64,000 nt of DNA from Setoptus koraiensis (Eukaryota > Animalia > Arthropoda). The stretch is from NCBI GenBank assembly GCA_048013815.1, contig CM106586.1:21080001-21144000 (forward strand), written 5' to 3'. The translations under genes and the position numbers were made by a program. Under the pieces are notes generated by a model. That model made no database searches and was not told the origin of the DNA. It saw nothing but the letters and a program-made list of their open reading frames with translations. Shown piece after piece: positions 61,001 through 64,000 of this stretch. The stretch's first letter is position 1, and each line of letters opens with the position of its first letter.

Positions 61001-64000
61001 GGCAAGCGCGCGCAACAACATCATCAACATGATCTGTTGATGTCGTTGTATAATTAATGCTGCTGACGAGCATCTCTATATGAGCTACCATGCGAGCGGC
61101 TAACAAGTGTGTGTGCTGCAATTAATTATGCGATGTGTGTTATGTAATCGCCGCGATACAACAACAACAGCAACAGCGGCAGCAACAACAACAACAGCAA
61201 CAACAACAACCGCCGAGAGTAACAAGCAACAAAAACCTTTCGTCGGCCGCTCAATCGCAGCGACGAGACACGGCAAAGTCAATTAGGCTCGGCATCGAGC
61301 TCGGCCTACCGTGATACTGTGTCTAATTGGCACTGATTTGTTGCATGCGAGCTGCCAGTGAAAGTCTCGCTATCATCGCCCGATAAAAATTTGTCCGTTC
61401 GTCGGGCCATGTCCGTGAGCACGCGTGCCGCACTACATTACATAATAATACAGTATCATAATACTGTAGTGATACTGTATTATGTAATAATAACAGTATT
61501 ATGTAATGTAATGATAACAGTGATTGTAATTGCGCTCATTCTCGTGATTTTGTTGCGCAATCGCACGGTGCAGAGCGTGCGTTTCAGGTAGCAGTTGGAC
61601 AGTTTGTTGGCTTCGACCGTTTGTTGGTTTCGACAGTTTGCTAGTTTCGACAGTCGCCGAAGTGAAGCCGCACTGACGCCGACAAGAGTTGCGCAACTAT
61701 AACCGCTGGCGCAACAAATGTTACGCAACCAACCAAAATGGCCGCCAGTCGGCCAGTGTGGCAGCGGCTGACGATGATGCCCGCTACCTCGAGGATGCTG
61801 CAGCGCGATGCCAGCGCCCGGCCGGCCCAGCCCGGCCCGGCCGACAGCGGCCGTGCGCGAATTCGAGCAATTCATTCGGGCGCATTGTCGCCCGTTCTCG
61901 GCCCGTTCTCTGGCTCGTTGTTGTGCTCGCTCGTTGCCGAGCGGCGCACAGCAACGAATTCTTTGCGCGAATTCTTTCGAATCGCGAGATTCTAAAGATT
62001 AGATAAGGCGCGCATGTTCAATCTTTGGCGCAGCCACGGACACCAGGCATCATCTGGGACCATTCATCTGGGCGCTTCTCTATGGGAACACTTGCGCTGG
62101 CCGGCGCCCTAAACACGCGCTTCTCTCGCGTTCTTCGCGAGGCTTCTCTCGCGTTCTCGCGTTCTCGCGTTCTTTTCTTTGTGTGCTCGGCGCAGCAGTT
62201 TGTGCAGCCAAGCGGGAGCGGCCACAAGCGATCGAACGGCAGCCACTTACGCCCTCGCCCAGCTAACGAGCAACAAGTGGCCGCATCGGCACAAATAATC
62301 AAACAAAATACCTCAAGCCTGGCCTGATTGATCGCTTCTTCTTGGCGGCGCAAATGCAGCGATTCTTGCGTTTGTCGGTTGGCACTTGTCAGCTCTCGGC
62401 TCTCAGTTCTCGATTTTCTGGCCGACGTTGCCACTTGGCCGGCCGGTCATGTAAATGAGTGACGAGCGACGCCGCTTGCCCGTAATCAGCGCCAACAATC
62501 ACGGCTCATCTCTCATTGCTCATCGCTCTCGCTTAGGCCAACGCATTGGCCCGAGAAAACTTTTCTCAGAAAATGCCCAAAAGAGAGATCGCTCGCTGAT
62601 TGTGTGCGCGGCGGATAAACTCAATTGGAAACGTATTATTAGTTTGATATCGAGCCACTGTCTCACACTTCGTTTGCGCCAACCGCCAACAGGTGAACAG
62701 GCAACTGTTCGCATCGCGGCCAAGGGTCGCATCGACACACGTAATCGCGCGTGATTGTCAGCTTGACCACTGGCGAGGCGCGATGCGAAAGCGCCCTCTC
62801 TGGGCTGGCCGCTGCAACTCGAGGTTGCAGCTTTGCGCTGGTTGTAACTTGGCGCTGGTTGCGCGCCGCCTGCCGACGAAACAGCGCTGTGACAAATATG
62901 CAATATGCATGTACATAAATGTAGTTCTTACGACCAGCTTGCCGTGTTTGCATGAATGGTCGATAGTCGCGACAGAACGCGGATCGCGCCAGTCGTGTCG
63001 CCACGATGCGGCCATTCGTGTCGCCACGATGCGGCCATTCGTGTAATAATAATCTACACATAATTTAACTTGTTAGCTCAATTGGAGCCAGCTGAAATGG
63101 TTTAAATCATAAATTGATTCGGGCTGTGTGCTCGCGGCGAGCTTGCACCGGTTGCCGCCAGGCTGAAATTTTCGCCGGTCACTGTCGCCGGTCACTGTCG
63201 CCGATCACTGTGGCCGGTCGCTGAGTGACCAGCGACAAGCGCGAGCGGGGCCAAAGTGGCAAAGTGGCCGTGGCAGTGCGGCCCAATCCAATTATGTTTG
63301 TCCATTTGTTGCTGATTTGGCGCAGCCACTTCAAATGGCCACGCCGAATTGGCAAGCGGGCAAACCGGCGGTGGTCGCAAACACTTGATCACACAGCGGC
63401 TCTCTATTATGGACCGATAATAAAGAGCCAACGAAGGCAATAATAATAATGATGCCAAAGAGAATAGCCGACCCATGATAATAAGCGCACAAGCGAATTC
63501 GAAGCCGAAGCGGCGGCTTCGAATTCGGACAGGTGCGCGTGCTCACGTCGATCGAATTGACAGGTTGATTCGCTGGCATCGGTCGCACACAAACAAAGCA
63601 ACGAGCGTTCGCTCGAACCTTTTTGTTCTCGGCGCTCTGTGCGCGCCTTTCAATTGGCCTCTCAAGCGCGCCTTCACCTTTAGCATCGCCAATGGACGAC
63701 GACGACGACCGGCTCGCACTGTCAAACTCACTGACAGCCACTGACCAGCTGACTGGCCAGCTGACAATTGTGAATGCGCTCGCACAATGCGACGCAGCCG
63801 CCGACACTCACAACAGGTGAGCGATGGCGCTGTCAGTGGGTCACACGCGAATCGTTGATTCATGAAATATGTGCCCTCGTCGTATGACGCAATCATACCA
63901 CGGTCTGTGTCAGTGTGTGTGTGTGTGTCAACGTCAGCTGACTCCAACAGAATGCGTGTCGGTATGTCGATATGTCGGTATGTCGATATATCAATATGTC

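Overview
Eukaryotic (arthropod-like) genomic DNA. The compact, intron-poor genes with N/Q-rich insertions suggest a streamlined mite genome; this is inference only. The window has two compartments. (1) About 1-10 kb is AT-rich and gene-dense with ~90-bp introns: the first coding exon of an ARHGAP17/44 (RhoGAP92B)-type BAR-RhoGAP (-), EED/esc (+, 2 exons), CDK5 (+, 3 exons), RPL37 (-, with a box C/D snoRNA in its intron), an orphan coiled-coil ORF (+) and a short TEX10/Ipi1 (-). (2) About 10-64 kb is more GC-rich, CpG-rich and low-complexity. It holds only a 5-exon OATP/SLCO (Oatp30B-like) transporter (+) and a 2-exon gene for a single-Ig, nephrin/Sns-like type I membrane protein (-). Above 26.2 kb lies a ~38-kb gene desert built from short local tandem duplications and dense in TT(A/G)CG(C/T)AA, ACAGGTG and TGACA motifs. 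No tRNA, rRNA, CRISPR array or transposase was recognised, and almost all ORF-track entries above 17.6 kb look like repeat-derived noise. The best leads are the 'mini-nephrin' (D1 Ig plus disordered stalk, TM and a YDSP tail, possibly with a remote alternative first exon), the RPL37 intronic snoRNA with an 18S guide to a site I do not know as methylated, the CDK5 T14A change, and the homotypic bZIP-motif arrays. All coordinates and motif counts were read by eye and need computational confirmation.
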